64,000 bases of DNA from Bugula neritina (Eukaryota > Animalia > Bryozoa). Positions 12,785 through 25,142 of this stretch are shown piece after piece (positions within the stretch are counted from its first letter, which is position 1; every line of letters starts with the position of its first letter). The DNA is taken from the NCBI GenBank assembly GCA_964035545.1, contig OZ037769.1:11810633-11874632 (forward strand), read 5' to 3'. Under the pieces are notes generated by a model that worked only from the letters and a program-made list of their open reading frames with translations, was not told where the DNA came from and did not search any database. The position numbers and the translations under genes are program-made.

Positions 12785-14172
12785 TTAAACGTTATAACTC
12801 AAAAATACGGGTTGCGAAGGAGATTCGGTAGATTCTATTATATCACCATCGCTCGTTGATATCACTAATTTATTACCAACCGGTGCTTGTAGTTTTGGAA
12901 TAGCGTAACCTGATATATTATTTATCGTAATAAGATCAACAATATATTTTATACCAGTTTCTACGATATTATAACCATTGCTCGAAAGCATTAATAATTT
13001 ACCTCTAATTGAAGGTTGTATTTTAGGCATAGTGAAATTAGACATATTAGTTTTTGTAATAACGTCGCTAACGCTTTAAATTACTATCTTCAACGCTGCC
13101 GGTATTAGTCGATTCGGTTAACTTATTATTAGGATTATTTATAAGAGGTATTGCGTGTTTATCTATATTTGTTTCTGTAACGCTAATACTTTTACTACTA
13201 TCAACAACGCTGCCGATATTAGTCAACACGGTTAATTTATTTGTTGGGTTTTGTATAAGAGGCATAGCAAAATTATTAACATTAGTGTAGTGAAATTAGT
13301 GCTAGTTTGCTAAGCTATTTTAGCTACACTAAGAAAAGCTTTCTACAGCACAGCCAGTGCTAACTCTGGCACTTGGCAATAGTTGGTGCTAGTGAACTGG
13401 TATAATTTTAAGAGAGCAAAATAAGTAAGTTATTTACATTAATTATATTGTTTCCTTTTTTGTTTATTGTTTATAATTGTTTATTTATGTTTATCCTGAT
13501 CATGTAAGTTTGAATTGCAATAATTGTAGTCTTGACGATGTCAATAGGATGTCAATAGAAGTATAATAAAACATATTAAAGAACATCAGTGAAGAGTTAA
13601 TGCTCAACTCAAAGCCTAGTTCACTACAGTCAAAATTATTTTGCTGTCTTAAAATTTCACCAGTTCACTAGCACCAACTATTGCCAAGTGCCAGAGTTAG
13701 CGCTGGCTGTGCTGTAGAAAGCTTTTCTTAGTGTAGCTAAAATAGCTTAGCAAACTAGCACTAATTTCACTACAATTAGTTTTCGTAATAATATCGTCAA
13801 CTATTAAGTTGCTATTTATAACGTAACCAGCGTCAGTTGATATAATTAATTGGTTAATGGGGTTTTGTATAAGAGGCATAGCGTAATTAGATAATTTTGT
13901 AACGACATCGTTAACGCTTAAGCTACTATCTGCGACATTACCTTCTTCATTCGATACGACTAATTTTTTATTAGGGTTTAGTATTTTTGGTATACTTGTG
14001 TCATCAGCGTATTTTTTTTAGCGGCGTCTTGATTGTCAACGGGATCAACAACTCTAGATATTTTATTAACGCCCATATCTAAAGTATTACTAATGTCTCT
14101 TAAAACGAAATCGTCATTTATTTTATTAATTATGTCGTTTGACGTTCCTCCAAATATATACACCGGACTCAT
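12785..14172 (-). pseudogene. Fibre-like repeat protein (neck motif plus ~6 repeats of ~40 aa), broken by two frameshifts and a MITE
   Basis: MSPVYIFGG..LDMGVNKISRVVDPVDNQDAA.K.Y.D, then repeats of the form AMPLIQNP.NKL..ST..G.V.DS...V.DVITKTN; removing the 13286-13774 insert restores TKTN-VNNFAMPLIQNP in frame. Confidence 0.75.
13286..13774. mobile_element. MITE, 489 bp, ~115-bp TIRs, TGT...ACA termini, 5-bp TSD ATTAG (Ginger2/TDD-like, tentative)
   Basis: TGTAGTGAAATTAGTGCTAGTTTGC... versus ...GCAAACTAGCACTAATTTCACTACA; ATTAG at 13281-13285 and 13775-13779. Confidence 0.9.
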
Positions 14173-14174
14173 TT

Positions 14175-14663
14175 TTAATATAATTTTAATGACACTAACT
14201 CGAATGGTATAGATATAGGTGCGTCATTATCAGCCGTTACATCATCGGGTTTATGACTCATAAAATTATTCAAACATTTTAATATTAGCCTGATATTTTT
14301 ACCAGCGTTAATAATTTCTAATTTAGGAATTTTAATATACGGAACATTATGTACGCCGCCTCGAATAAAATATTCTTTAGTAACAATCTCGAGAGGTTTT
14401 GTCGTATCTCCAATTATTAGCATTAGGCCTGCTTTTTTATCTTTCTAATACAAAGGATTATTACTAAGACGCTCGTGAAATTGTATTAACGCGTAAGTTA
14501 ATTCTATTCAGTTATCTACTATAAAACCCAATAATAAAGCCGTACTAATCTCAGTACTAAAAGTTTGTATAAAATTATTTTGGTTTTTATTTACGGTTCT
14601 TTCGATATAATTTTCTTCTTTTATATTTTTGGAAAAACCACAAAATATATACAGAGGACTCAT
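14175..14663 (-). pseudogene. Paralogue of the 14700-15188 ORF with two in-frame stops
   Basis: MSPLYIFCG start; shares F.VD.(R/*)IEL.Y.LIQF, LY(W/*).DK, HNVPYIKIP and SHKPD with the neighbouring ORF. Confidence 0.75.
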
Positions 14664-14699
14664 TTATATATACTTATAATAGAGTTTAAATGTTACGTA

Positions 14700-15188
14700 T
14701 TAAAAAAGTAATGCCTCACTAGTATTTTCAGTTAATGGAGTATCCGTAAGAATTACGTTATCGGGTTTATGACTGGGATACGTTTTTGAAAGTGCTATTG
14801 TTGTTGAAAAGTTTTTATTGGCTTCAATAGTTTTATTAAATGGAATTTTAATATACGGAACGTTATGCTCATTATCACTAATATCGTAAAAAGTATCTTC
14901 ATTAGATGGTCCGGATAATGCGGTGCTATCCCGAATATGTATACCGAATTGTTTATCAGTCCAATATAACGCTTTAGTTTTATGAGCGTTTTCACCAATA
15001 AATTGTATTAACGGGTACATTAATTCAATTCGTTTATCGACTAAAAAATCTTTAATTACATTAGTTGTAAAACTATCAATATTAGAATAATAATAAAAAT
15101 ATGCTGGATATTTAATATCCGTAATGTACGGGTTATTTGTAACAATAGTAGGTTCCGCGGAACCTCCAAATATGTATACAGGACTCAT
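14700..15188 (-). CDS. Hypothetical viral-type protein, 162 aa, MSPVYIFGG N-terminus
   Basis: Intact ORF; TAAATG start context; paralogous to the adjacent pseudogene. Confidence 0.65.
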   Translation of the reverse strand: MSPVYIFGGSAEPTIVTNNPYITDIKYPAYFYYYSNIDSFTTNVIKDFLVDKRIELMYPLIQFIGENAHKTKALYWTDKQFGIHIRDSTALSGPSNEDTFYDISDNEHNVPYIKIPFNKTIEANKNFSTTIALSKTYPSHKPDNVILTDTPLTENTSEALLF

Positions 15189-15312
15189 TTATTATAGTAA
15201 ATTATTTATAATTAGTTGGGGCGACTTGTTTTTAGACATTTCTTTAAGCCAATATAAACACAAGTGTCGCATATAACCGTACCAAATTATTGTACTCGTT
15301 CTGTATTATAAT

Positions 15313-16176
15313 ATGGAGTGCCAAATGGTCAAAAATTGCTTATTATTGCATCTCATATGCTTATAATAAAGTATCTAACCATTATTCTCTCTCATATGCT
15401 CACAAAACGCTCTCGATAATACCCTTATTATTTGTGCTCTTAGGTCTATTATTTGGTCTCACACTGTCATTATTCATTCCCATACCCTTATTTCTCCTCC
15501 TTTTATGCTCATTATTCAGTCCCATACCTCCATTATGCACTCTCATACCCCTATTATTTGCTCTGTTATAGACATTATTCACTCTCTTATGCTTATTATT
15601 CTCTCTCATACCCCTATTACTTTCTTGCTTTTGCGCCTGATTCTGACTCACTAGTATTTGTGTACACGTCACAATAGTTGAGTATATGCCAGTCTATTCG
15701 TGTCACACTACTAAGCTACACCCCATTTATCAAATCTGATTGGATAACTGCAATGACACTAAGAGTAATAATAAATGCTGGGTGGGTGCCTAGGTTTAGT
15801 TAGCCATTCTTCATTCATAAGTATCAGTCTAGGGTTGAACAACTTAAACCAGCTAGATTCTTATCTCCAAACTAACTGTTAAGCTAAATCACCCTTTGCA
15901 AATTTACAGATTGGTTGGGCTTTCGAGTTCCTATAACTATTCAAACAGAAAAGAGTTTGCTTTAAACTTCTAGTTTGAGATAGAATTGCTCAAATTTTTA
16001 TAAGTGGTGTTCAAAATGCAGCCTAGCAGTTTACAGATAATTGTAGGTAAAAAATATTAATAAATAGATAGCTGGCAAGCTAAATATTTGCTTTTTAATT
16101 CAATGCCAAAATACTCAAATTAGCAGCTGGTTATTTTCACAAACCATTATTAAATTATGAGCTGCCAGTCGATTTT
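15313..16176 (+). repeat. Interspersed repeat copy 1 (~865 bp; 5' part built of ~20-bp degenerate subrepeats)
   Basis: Colinear with 46321-47216 from ATGGAGTGCCAAATGGTCAA to GAGCTGCCAGTYGATTTT. Confidence 0.9.
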
Positions 16177-16565
16177 ATCAGGTTTCGTAAGTGTAACTTC
16201 CCGTCTAGATTGACATGAAGTTTCATACAGGTGTATTTTTTAGTGTAGTTTATTTTCCACCAAAGTTGTTCACACCATTTACACTTTAAAAATCTTTTAC
16301 CTTTTCTAGGAGAGAGTTGATATAAGTAAGAAATATTTTACACCATGCAATTGTGAGAATAGCTAATATATATGAAAGTAGATGTGAATATTTGAATAAA
16401 ACCCTGCTGCCTGAGGGTTCTTACTGTTGTGACCTGGTTAAGTGTCTATATCTGTTTTACTCATTATGTGAAAAGTTAAGGTATTTGTTTTCTTAGTCAT
16501 CATTTTGAGTGCAATATTAGATAGAATGTGCTTGATTGTAAAGCAGTCAGCTAGTTGTTATACTG

Positions 16566-16616
16566 AGTGCAGTCAGTGCAGTCAGTGCAGTCAGTGCAGT
16601 CAGTGCAGTCAGTGCA
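16566..16616. repeat. 9-bp tandem repeat (AGTGCAGTC)x5.7
   Basis: Read directly from the sequence. Confidence 0.95.
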
Positions 16617-18162
16617 AAATAAAACATTTTACTCTTTCACATACACGCAATCTGCCTTGGTTACGCTTACTAGAATGGCCATGAGGATAAAAAACAGTAA
16701 CATTTTAATGTGAAAAGTGACAAAACGAGCGCTAAAAATACGAGAAAATTTGGTGACTCATCCCTGTTGAAATGTGTGACAACACAAAGGCAGCGGTGGT
16801 TTTATCCTTAGCGTGGCAATGTTTGTAAAATTTTATAATGGCTTTTGCAAATGATCATGATTGACCTAAATGAAATATTATTACAATTACAGGTTGAATT
16901 GCTCTGTGGTTACCTTTGTTGCTATCAATAAATTGGCAGCCAAGTATCAGTAAGCTAACTAGGTAACGGAACTAAATTTATGAAATTTTATTATTAGGCC
17001 TATTATCGGCAAAGACACTATGTACAATAAATACAGCACAGCAGCCAAAAACTGTTCCAAGTAGCAAGTAGCAACAGTTTTATGATTTCAGTCTGAGTTT
17101 TTAGATTATAAATTATAGCTGCTATATGAAACATAGGCTATTTATATGAAATGGTTGACGAGCTGAATTTGTGGTCCCCTGTCCCTTTAAAGTGCCTTTA
17201 AAAATAGAAAATGCTAAAAAAATGTTATTAAATAATCTAATAATGCAACCCAAAGTCTTTGTAGCAAGTAAAAAATACAACAAAACTAATGTCAAAAGCT
17301 AAAAGGAAATTTTATGATTAGCTACAACAGCTCAAATGTTAGGTGACTTTAAAGTTGATCTAGTAATTTTTTCTTCGTATTTCTCAGCCAGTTCGGGTAA
17401 CTTATTAAAAATTACTGTTTTCAGCTGGTCATTTTTTTTCAAAAGGTCATAAAATATTCTTTAAAACTATCTAGCCAAGTACTTTCTACCTGCAGCGCAT
17501 TCGGAGGTTGTCAGATTATAACTGCTCATTGGGGTAAAACTGTGTACGCCCCAGTAAACCTAAAATTTTCCTAATGCTTGTGTACTGTTCTATTAATAGC
17601 CAGGTGCTTTTCCTTATAATATTAAGTATAATAACCAGCTACTAATGCATGCCTTCCTATTAATAGCCATTGCTATCTTACTGATTATGTAAACTTGACT
17701 GTTACTCTGTGCTATTTCTGATTACATAATTTATATGAGGTAGGTTTTCATTGCGAAATGTAGGTAACTTGTAGCAAACATAATCCAGCAACACTCACCA
17801 CGGTGCTTCTGGTGTGAGGCAGCTATAGAGAATTGATTATTTCAAATATTGCATCTATTATTTCACTATTTTGCATAAAATAGTTACGCAACTTCTAAAC
17901 TTCATTCTGTGCAATGCAGCTGTAAGCCTGTAACCAACCATTTTCTAATCATAGCACAAAAAAAAAAAAACTTATAATAAACTGGTTCCAAAAGTATGAA
18001 CCAGCTATATAAGCCGAATTTATACTTAAGCTTATATTTACTATCATTCAATTTTCGTGGGAACCTGGTATATCAGTGAAAGTAAATTGAAACTTGAATG
18101 TAAACTTGGCTGCAAAATGTCAAAAGGTTATTGTTGATTAGTTTACAAAATATTACTATTTA

Positions 18163-19296
18163 GGGTCATTCCACGCCAACTCAACAAGGCCAAAACCGAC
18201 CCATCTTAAATTTTTTTTGAAATTTTAGTATGGTATACCAGAACATGTCAAATTAAAAAATATCAAATATTAACCCTTTTTTCCTAATAGTTTTGTAGTT
18301 ATGGCACTTTATGTGTGCAAAGGTTGGTTAAAAAATCAGTAGGCTACTTTTTTCATGGGTTTCGGTTCCGAAGGTCAACTTCATAGATTTATATCTCGGA
18401 GACGATTCAATACAAGCCTTTCATACTTTTATGAATGATAGTTCTACATGATTTCATTCAAATTAAAGCATCAAATCTGCTATAAATGTTGAAAAAAAAA
18501 TTTCCGTTGCATTTCGTTTTCAGGCCAAAAATTTGACAAATTTTGAAAATTTTCGATTTTTAGGCACTTAAAACTCACCTTTTCCAAATAGTTATGATCT
18601 TGATATTTTCAGCACCTAACAACTAAATTATATATATCACATTAAAAAAGTTTCAGTTTTGTACTGGCATAAGTTTCATCACAATTTTGTGTTGAAATCC
18701 AAAAATTTTGAAATTATGCACTATTTCATGAGGAAAAAACTCAACGTGGGTATAAATGAATTTTTTTAAAACTGGTTTCATTTTAAATACAGTGGCATAT
18801 ATTATGCTATGTTAAGAACTGAATGTTTGTATATTGTCCTTTGATGAAAAAATTTTGGATTAAATTGACACATTTTTTGCCTACATTTAAACTACAAACT
18901 GGGTTCATTTTAGTTAAAACCGATAAACTGTTAGAATTTAAAAGCACAATAGATTTAAATCTAGTAAATAGAAAAAGAGCATTACTACAATTATCACTTG
19001 TGGGTTTATATGTATAAATTTTTATTTTCCAAAGAATCAATGTTTGCATATTGTTTTCTCATGAGTAAATATTCGACTGAATTAATGTATTTTATGATGC
19101 TGCCACTTGATATAGGTTCCATGCTTTCTGCAGTATAATTCTAATTATTCTCTGCCCTTCCATTTGCACCCCCCTCACTTGCTCCCCATGCACCACTCCT
19201 CATGCATGTATATTATACATACATATACACACAGGTATATATACACACAGATATATATACACACAGATATATATACACACAGATATATATACACAC

Positions 19297-19374
<78 letters not shown>

Positions 19375-21765
19375 CCACCCCGCTCCAACCTGTAAATTTA
19401 TCAAGTAGAGATGCCTTCATGAAGCATACTGGCAAAATGTATTTTATTATTAGCAAGCCAGCTAAACTGAGAGAGCAGGTTTCTTACAGTGTGTGTGTTT
19501 GCGTGTGTGTCTGCATGCGTGCGTGTGGCTTTTTACAGGAAAAAGGAAAGAGATGATGGGTGGATGAGGGTGTGGGTGAGTGAGTGAAGGGTGGAGTGAA
19601 AGAGAGATGCGAGCTTTAGCAATTGTTTCTTCAACTATTTATAAAGTAAATTAGACAAAAAATCCTCAATTTCCTGATAAACCAGAAAATCTTACATAAA
19701 TATTGCTATTTACATATTTAGGTCTATAAACATAAAATGCTATAGCCTGAAAATTCTTGGTTTTGAAGGACTAATTGTTACAATGCGGTGCAGTGGTTTC
19801 TCTGGTAAAATTCCTAACTTGCCTTAAATCCCTTTGTGGCGTATCCTGTCAAAGATTGAGAAATTAAACCTAATTACTGCATGTGTATAATAAGTGACTT
19901 TTTGCAACATGACACACGTTCTCATCAGCATGTTTTAGAAAACAGTCATGAATCTTGTGAAGAAAATGTCTCCCACTTGAAGAAACTTTATTATTTCTCT
20001 GACGGAGCAGTTAGCTGCCCAATATAAGAATTTAGAGAAATTGCAAATTTTGTGTCTCGTGAAGATGATTTTAGATTTCATGTTTAGTGGAACTCTTGTT
20101 CAACCAGTCATGACATAAATGCCTGTGATGGTGTAAGTGGACTGATTAAAAGAAAAGCTACTAAAGCGGATTTGCAAGCTGTGACTCCCAGACATTTGCT
20201 AAATCCCTAAGACTTGTTTTAGTGGGGCTCATCCCACATATAGAAAATGTGACTTTTTTCTCTATCACTAATCATTCCCGTCTCAAAATATGCTCGCTTC
20301 TCACTTGCAAAGGCCGTGCCTGGTACCTGTGAATATCATTTTTTTGCCCTTACAGGTAACAAAGAGCTGACTGTCAAGAAAATATCAGCAAATGATACAA
20401 TACAAACTGCTGTTTTCATCTAAGGTGAACTTTATGTAAACATGGTAAAATTTGTTCGCCCAAGAGTAGAACATTTTAACAGATGCACATATGATGAGAA
20501 CTGGTGAGTAGGTTGTGTCCTAACCAAATTTTGGGAAGAAAATGATCTACTCATTAAATTTATGCACTTTTATGGACATACCCACTCATTTCACTGGCCT
20601 TCCCTGGAGGATAAAGGCTGGGCACCAAAACAATGTGTACTCTGTTATGTTAAGACACCGATTACATTCAATGGAAAGAAGCACTACCTACAGGCATATG
20701 ATGCAACCTTCCTCTCATGGATATTATTCAGACTTTATGTAAAAATTTTGTGCAAAGTTTCATAAATATGCCATTCAATTATAAATGATAAATATAAAAT
20801 TTTTCTTTTCTCATTTATTAGATTTAAATCTATTGTGCTTTTAAATTCTAACAGTTTATCGGTTTTAACTAAAATGAACCCAGTTTAATCAATTTTATGA
20901 AGCATAAAGATTACTGATATCCAGATTAAATTTAAATGTTATGAAATTGATTGCAGATAATATGTAAACAATTTTGGTATTTTTTATGACTTTTTGCATG
21001 TTTAGTAACTGTATAGAGTGTAGTTTTAAATATAGGCAAAAATCGAAAAAAAATGCGTCAATTTAATCCAAAATTTTTCCATGAAGGAACAATATATAAA
21101 CGTTCAGTTTTTAATATAACATAATATATACCAACATCTTTAAAATGAAACCATTTTTAAAAAAATTCATATATACCCACATTGAGTTTTCTCTTCGTGA
21201 AATAGCGCATAATTTAAAAATTTTAAGATTTCAACATGAAATTGTGATGAAACTTATGCCAGTAAAAAGCTAAAAGTTTTTTAATGCAATATATATAATA
21301 TAGTTGTTGGGTGCTAAAAATATCAAGATCATAGCTTTTTGTAAAAGGTGAGTTTTAAGTGCCTGAAAATTGAAAATTTTGAAAAATTGCCAAATTTTTG
21401 GCCTAAAAACGTCATGCAACAGAAAATTTTTCTCAACATTTATGGCAGATTTGATGTTTTAATTTAAATAAAATCATGTGAAACTATCATCTATAAAAGT
21501 ATGAAAGGTTTGTCTTGAATCGTCTCCGAGATATAAACCCATGAAGTTGGCCTTCGGTACGGAAACCCATGAAAAAAGTACCGATTTTTTACCAAACCTT
21601 TGCTCACAAAAAGTGCCGTAACTACAAAACTATTAGGAATTAAGGGCTAATATTTGATATTTTTTCAATTGACATATTTTGGAATACCATACTAAAGTCT
21701 CGAAAAATCTGAGACAGATCGGTGAAAATCCTCAAAAACCTTGTTGAGTTGGCGTGGAATGACCC
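18163..21765 (+). mobile_element. DNA transposon with very long TIRs (~0.8-0.95 kb) and a decayed transposase; Sola2-like (tentative)
   Basis: GGGTCATTCCACGCCAACTCAACAAGG ... CCTTGTTGAGTTGGCGTGGAATGACCC; inverted homology extends to ~18970/~20813; internal remnants YFSDGA..QYKN and STSHDINACDGVSGLIKRKAT (19990-20165); flanks TTTA/TATA. Confidence 0.85.
19236..19371. repeat. (ATATATACACACAGAT)n minisatellite followed by (TA)n
   Basis: Read directly from the sequence. Confidence 0.9.
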
Positions 21766-23375
21766 TATACCATATTTGATAAAAATTAAACCTTAATTTC
21801 CTCAATATAAATATTATAATGAATTTGGGCAGAGCAACTTCATACTAGCAGACACATTTGTGTCACTTATAATGAAAAAAAACAACCAGGAAAATAATTT
21901 CTCAACCTTGCTAAAGGTTTTATTTGCAGGTAAAGCAGACAACATAAATATATGAAACTTTCATAACATGTATGTGGGTAAATAAATTTAAAATGGAAAT
22001 TGTCAAAATTTACCAAACTTTAATTTTGTTTGCAAAATGTATAATTTGTTCTTAAAATAGTAATTAGTATGCTGCATATTGTCTCTGTAGAGGTAGTATC
22101 AGCAAGTGATTGCATGCCACTTAATAGTATAGTATGATGGAGATATGAGAACAGAAAGAAAAAGAAGGAAGTGCAAAATAAAATGTACCTTACACTATAC
22201 GCCAAAGAAAGTGATTGTGAAGATAAATTAAAAACAGTATGTTCATGTTCATATACACAACAAACACAATAAAACATGCATGTATTAATATTATATTATT
22301 GATAATTATGGCATCAAGGTGTTTTGAGTGAAAGTAGATATGAAGCAGGAACAAATGTACATGATGATAATCTGGAGATGTTAGTATAGCCGAAGTCTTG
22401 AAGAAGATTACGTGTGAAGAGATAGAGTTTATTCTGAGAGTGTATATATAGACATAAGATATGTTGATGAGTTGATCAGCTTTAATTTCTTTCTTACTAT
22501 CAACTAACTACTCTACGTCCATCGGCCTTACAGTGTAGAGAAACTGTTTTTATAAGCTATGGGCGGTTTGTAGTCAATAAGTCATTTATTATCCGTGTTG
22601 GAGTGTGTTGAATAACTCTATTACATTTACTTTCATTAGAGTCAAACGTTTTTATCCTGCAAGGTAAAATCTTTATAATGTTAGTGTCAATATATACAGT
22701 CTTCCTAATCACAAATTTAACTATTATATTTCAATGCATCTATTATATAGCCTAACAATTCAATCTAATTATATTATCAAAATTCAAATTTGTTAAAATT
22801 ATGCTCAAATATGGGTAAACCTTATTTTCAACAATCAAGCAGTTGACACAATGTCATCAATCGTACACTTGATTTCTGAACTAGCATCAAGCAAAGTCAA
22901 TTTTTTTTTCCTGCGTTACTCTGTTACTAGCTGTACAAAAGTTCTTTATAGTTGAATACTTGGTATTTGTCAATGTTATTAACTTTTACTTTTACCTTGT
23001 ATTTGGACTACAGCTCTGCTAACCATTAAGTTTTAAATTTAGTCTTTTTACATTACTCTGCTATTAGGTGTACAGAAGTTTCTATGTTCTTTTTTTTAGA
23101 AATATAAAATATGTAATATATTAGGTATTGCAATTTAGCAGAGATAGTACGCGCTGTAGTATTTTATACCATAGCAACTTTCACTATAATGATTATATTT
23201 GTGAGTGAGTTCAAATTGAGACATCCTTCATGCATTACGTTATGCAGCTCTCAACTCCATGTCAAGGGGAGATTATAATCATGATTATCAAAGAATTGGC
23301 AGGCCTTTATTTTGTCTTTGAGTATGGAATGTAAGCTATTGAGTATGTTAATGTATATACATACAGTTACATGTA

Positions 23376-23678
23376 AGTAGTATATATGGAGCATATCGGG
23401 TAGTGAATTGTGGTGGTGGTTCTATATGTTATAAAGGGAAGGCCTGTGTGGCGGTGCTGCAGTGGTGGTGCAGTGGTGGTACCCGCATTACGCTACGTTG
23501 ATAGGCCAGTGATTAACGACTTAGCGGTTATTGATAAATAATGTTGATAATATTGCCGATGAATAATTAGATATACCTGCGCTGGTTTAAATTATATAAG
23601 GCGTAATAATAATTATCGCAGAGCATTCCTTCCTGGTGCACTCGAGAGCGGAGGAAGTATCACGCATGCCACCTACAA
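23376..23678 (+). repeat. Polinton left TIR
   Basis: Reverse complement of ~41817-42225, apart from a ~115-bp indel. Confidence 0.92.
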
Positions 23679-24045
23679 GAAGTGGATCAAGACGTATAAA
23701 CTTGATGAAAATATTAGGAGGATGTCTACAAAGCAGAATTTCTATTTCTATCTAGATGAAAAAGTAAAGAGAGTTATAAGAGAAATTATAAAAAAAGAAT
23801 GCACGTGGATAACAAATCAATTGAAACCAGATGCAAAGTGGTGTAATTCATGTTACCTACTGAACCCCACTGGTGTTAACTATTCAGAGACAGCACTGAG
23901 AATGTACTTAAAAGAAGCCATCTCCGCATCAATCTTTTCCAGCTATCTCATTGTATATTGTCTTCAGATGAAGTCATTCACGCTGAACACCTCCATAATT
24001 TTTGGCTTAGCTCATGGGGAACCAGAGAGGAAATTGCAGCACTAA
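23666..24045 (+). pseudogene. Polinton hypothetical ORF starting at the TIR edge (frameshifted)
   Basis: ATG CCA CCT ACA AGA at 23666 and a 107-aa ORF 23722-24045 with CxxC; no recognisable domain. Confidence 0.4.
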
Positions 24046-24143
24046 CCAGGCGTGTCTCTCCCTATTTTGGTCTAAGACCAGTATAGATAAAAGCACCTGT
24101 ATTAGTAATTTGAATAGCACTGTTGTTGAATGTCTTGAGACAG

Positions 24144-24444
24144 ATGGACGGTGTACTAACAAACGTAGAGAGTCTCATCTCTGCTAAAAGAACTGTTGCA
24201 GTAAGAAACAACTCTTTAGTTAACCAACAAATTACAGGTAGAAAAAAATAATTGCCTACCTACTGTTGGCGGTGACAATTATCTCACTACATTCCACTAT
24301 CTTAGGATTGAAGGAAAACAACAGCGGTCTTGCAGAACAATATATAAGCAGCTTTAAAAGTACTCTACCCGCACTAGAAGAGGTAAAAAACACAACAACT
24401 AACTCATCTACAACCAGAATGCTCCTGGACGTCATCTATAGTTA
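24144..24444 (+). pseudogene. Small predicted membrane protein of the Polinton (frameshifted)
   Basis: MDGVLTNVESL.. then hydrophobic IIAYLLLAVTIISLHSTILGL and a Thr/Ser-rich tail with NTT/NSS sequons. Confidence 0.4.
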
Positions 24445-24480
24445 GAACGAGGAAATACAACAACCATTGTTGTATAAAAC

Positions 24481-25079
24481 ATGGAGTCCTTTGATATTTG
24501 TCTCAAATCTCTATTTAAGTCTATAGTAGCCTGACCTACAGGCTCAGGAAAAACACACATATTGTTAGCAACCCACCTCCTAAAAAAATTATCTACTGCT
24601 ACGGTGTATGGCAGAAAGCATTTGTTAGCATTTAGGGTGTCAAGTTTCATAAAGGATTACTTAACATCAACGAAGCAATACCTAGAGATGGTGAAGCTAG
24701 ATGGTTAATCATAGACAATATAATTGACAAGGCAAATGAGCAAATGGATGAACTTTACACCAAATTTAGTCATCGTATGAACATCAGTGTTTTTTTTGTT
24801 GTGCAAAACCTATTCCGGAAGCAGCAACATACAATGTCACTAAACACCCATTACTTGTTTTTATTTAAAAACCCAAGAGACAGCTTTTTTATATCGCATC
24901 TGGCTAAGCAAGTATATCCTCATATTTCCAAGTTCATGATCGAGGCCTATCAAAACGCCACTCAAAAGCCTCATTCCTATCTGTTAGTGGATTTGAAGCA
25001 GAACACTGATAATCGACTACGTCTTATTGGAGATTTCGCTTTTCATGACGGTGTAAAAACTGTATGCACGGCTAAATAA
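24481..25079 (+). pseudogene. Polinton A32/FtsK-like packaging ATPase
   Basis: MESFD..SIVA*PTGSGKT (Walker A with a stop), WLIIDN (Walker B), SHRMNISVFFVVQNLF, FKNPRD, KPHSYLLVDL. Confidence 0.9.
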
Positions 25080-25142
25080 GCTATAAAACTTTAATTCACC
25101 GTTTTTATTATGCCTTACTTAGCTAACTACAACGGTGGAAAC

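Larger units (their letters stand above)
12499..15300 (-). mobile_element. Probable terminal fragment of a second Polinton-like/viral element
   Basis: Begins AGTAGTAG (Polinton-type terminus) with repeated CTGGGACACT; CpG-richer, intronless, tightly packed minus-strand ORFs; cut off near the repeat starting at 15313. Confidence 0.6.

Noticed and set aside
15290-15677. Hydrophobic or Asn-rich ORFs here and at 46175-46907
   Set aside because: By-products of the subrepeat array; frames are not conserved between the two copies
16566-16616. Short regular repeat resembling an array
   Set aside because: No spacers; simple 9-bp tandem repeat, not CRISPR
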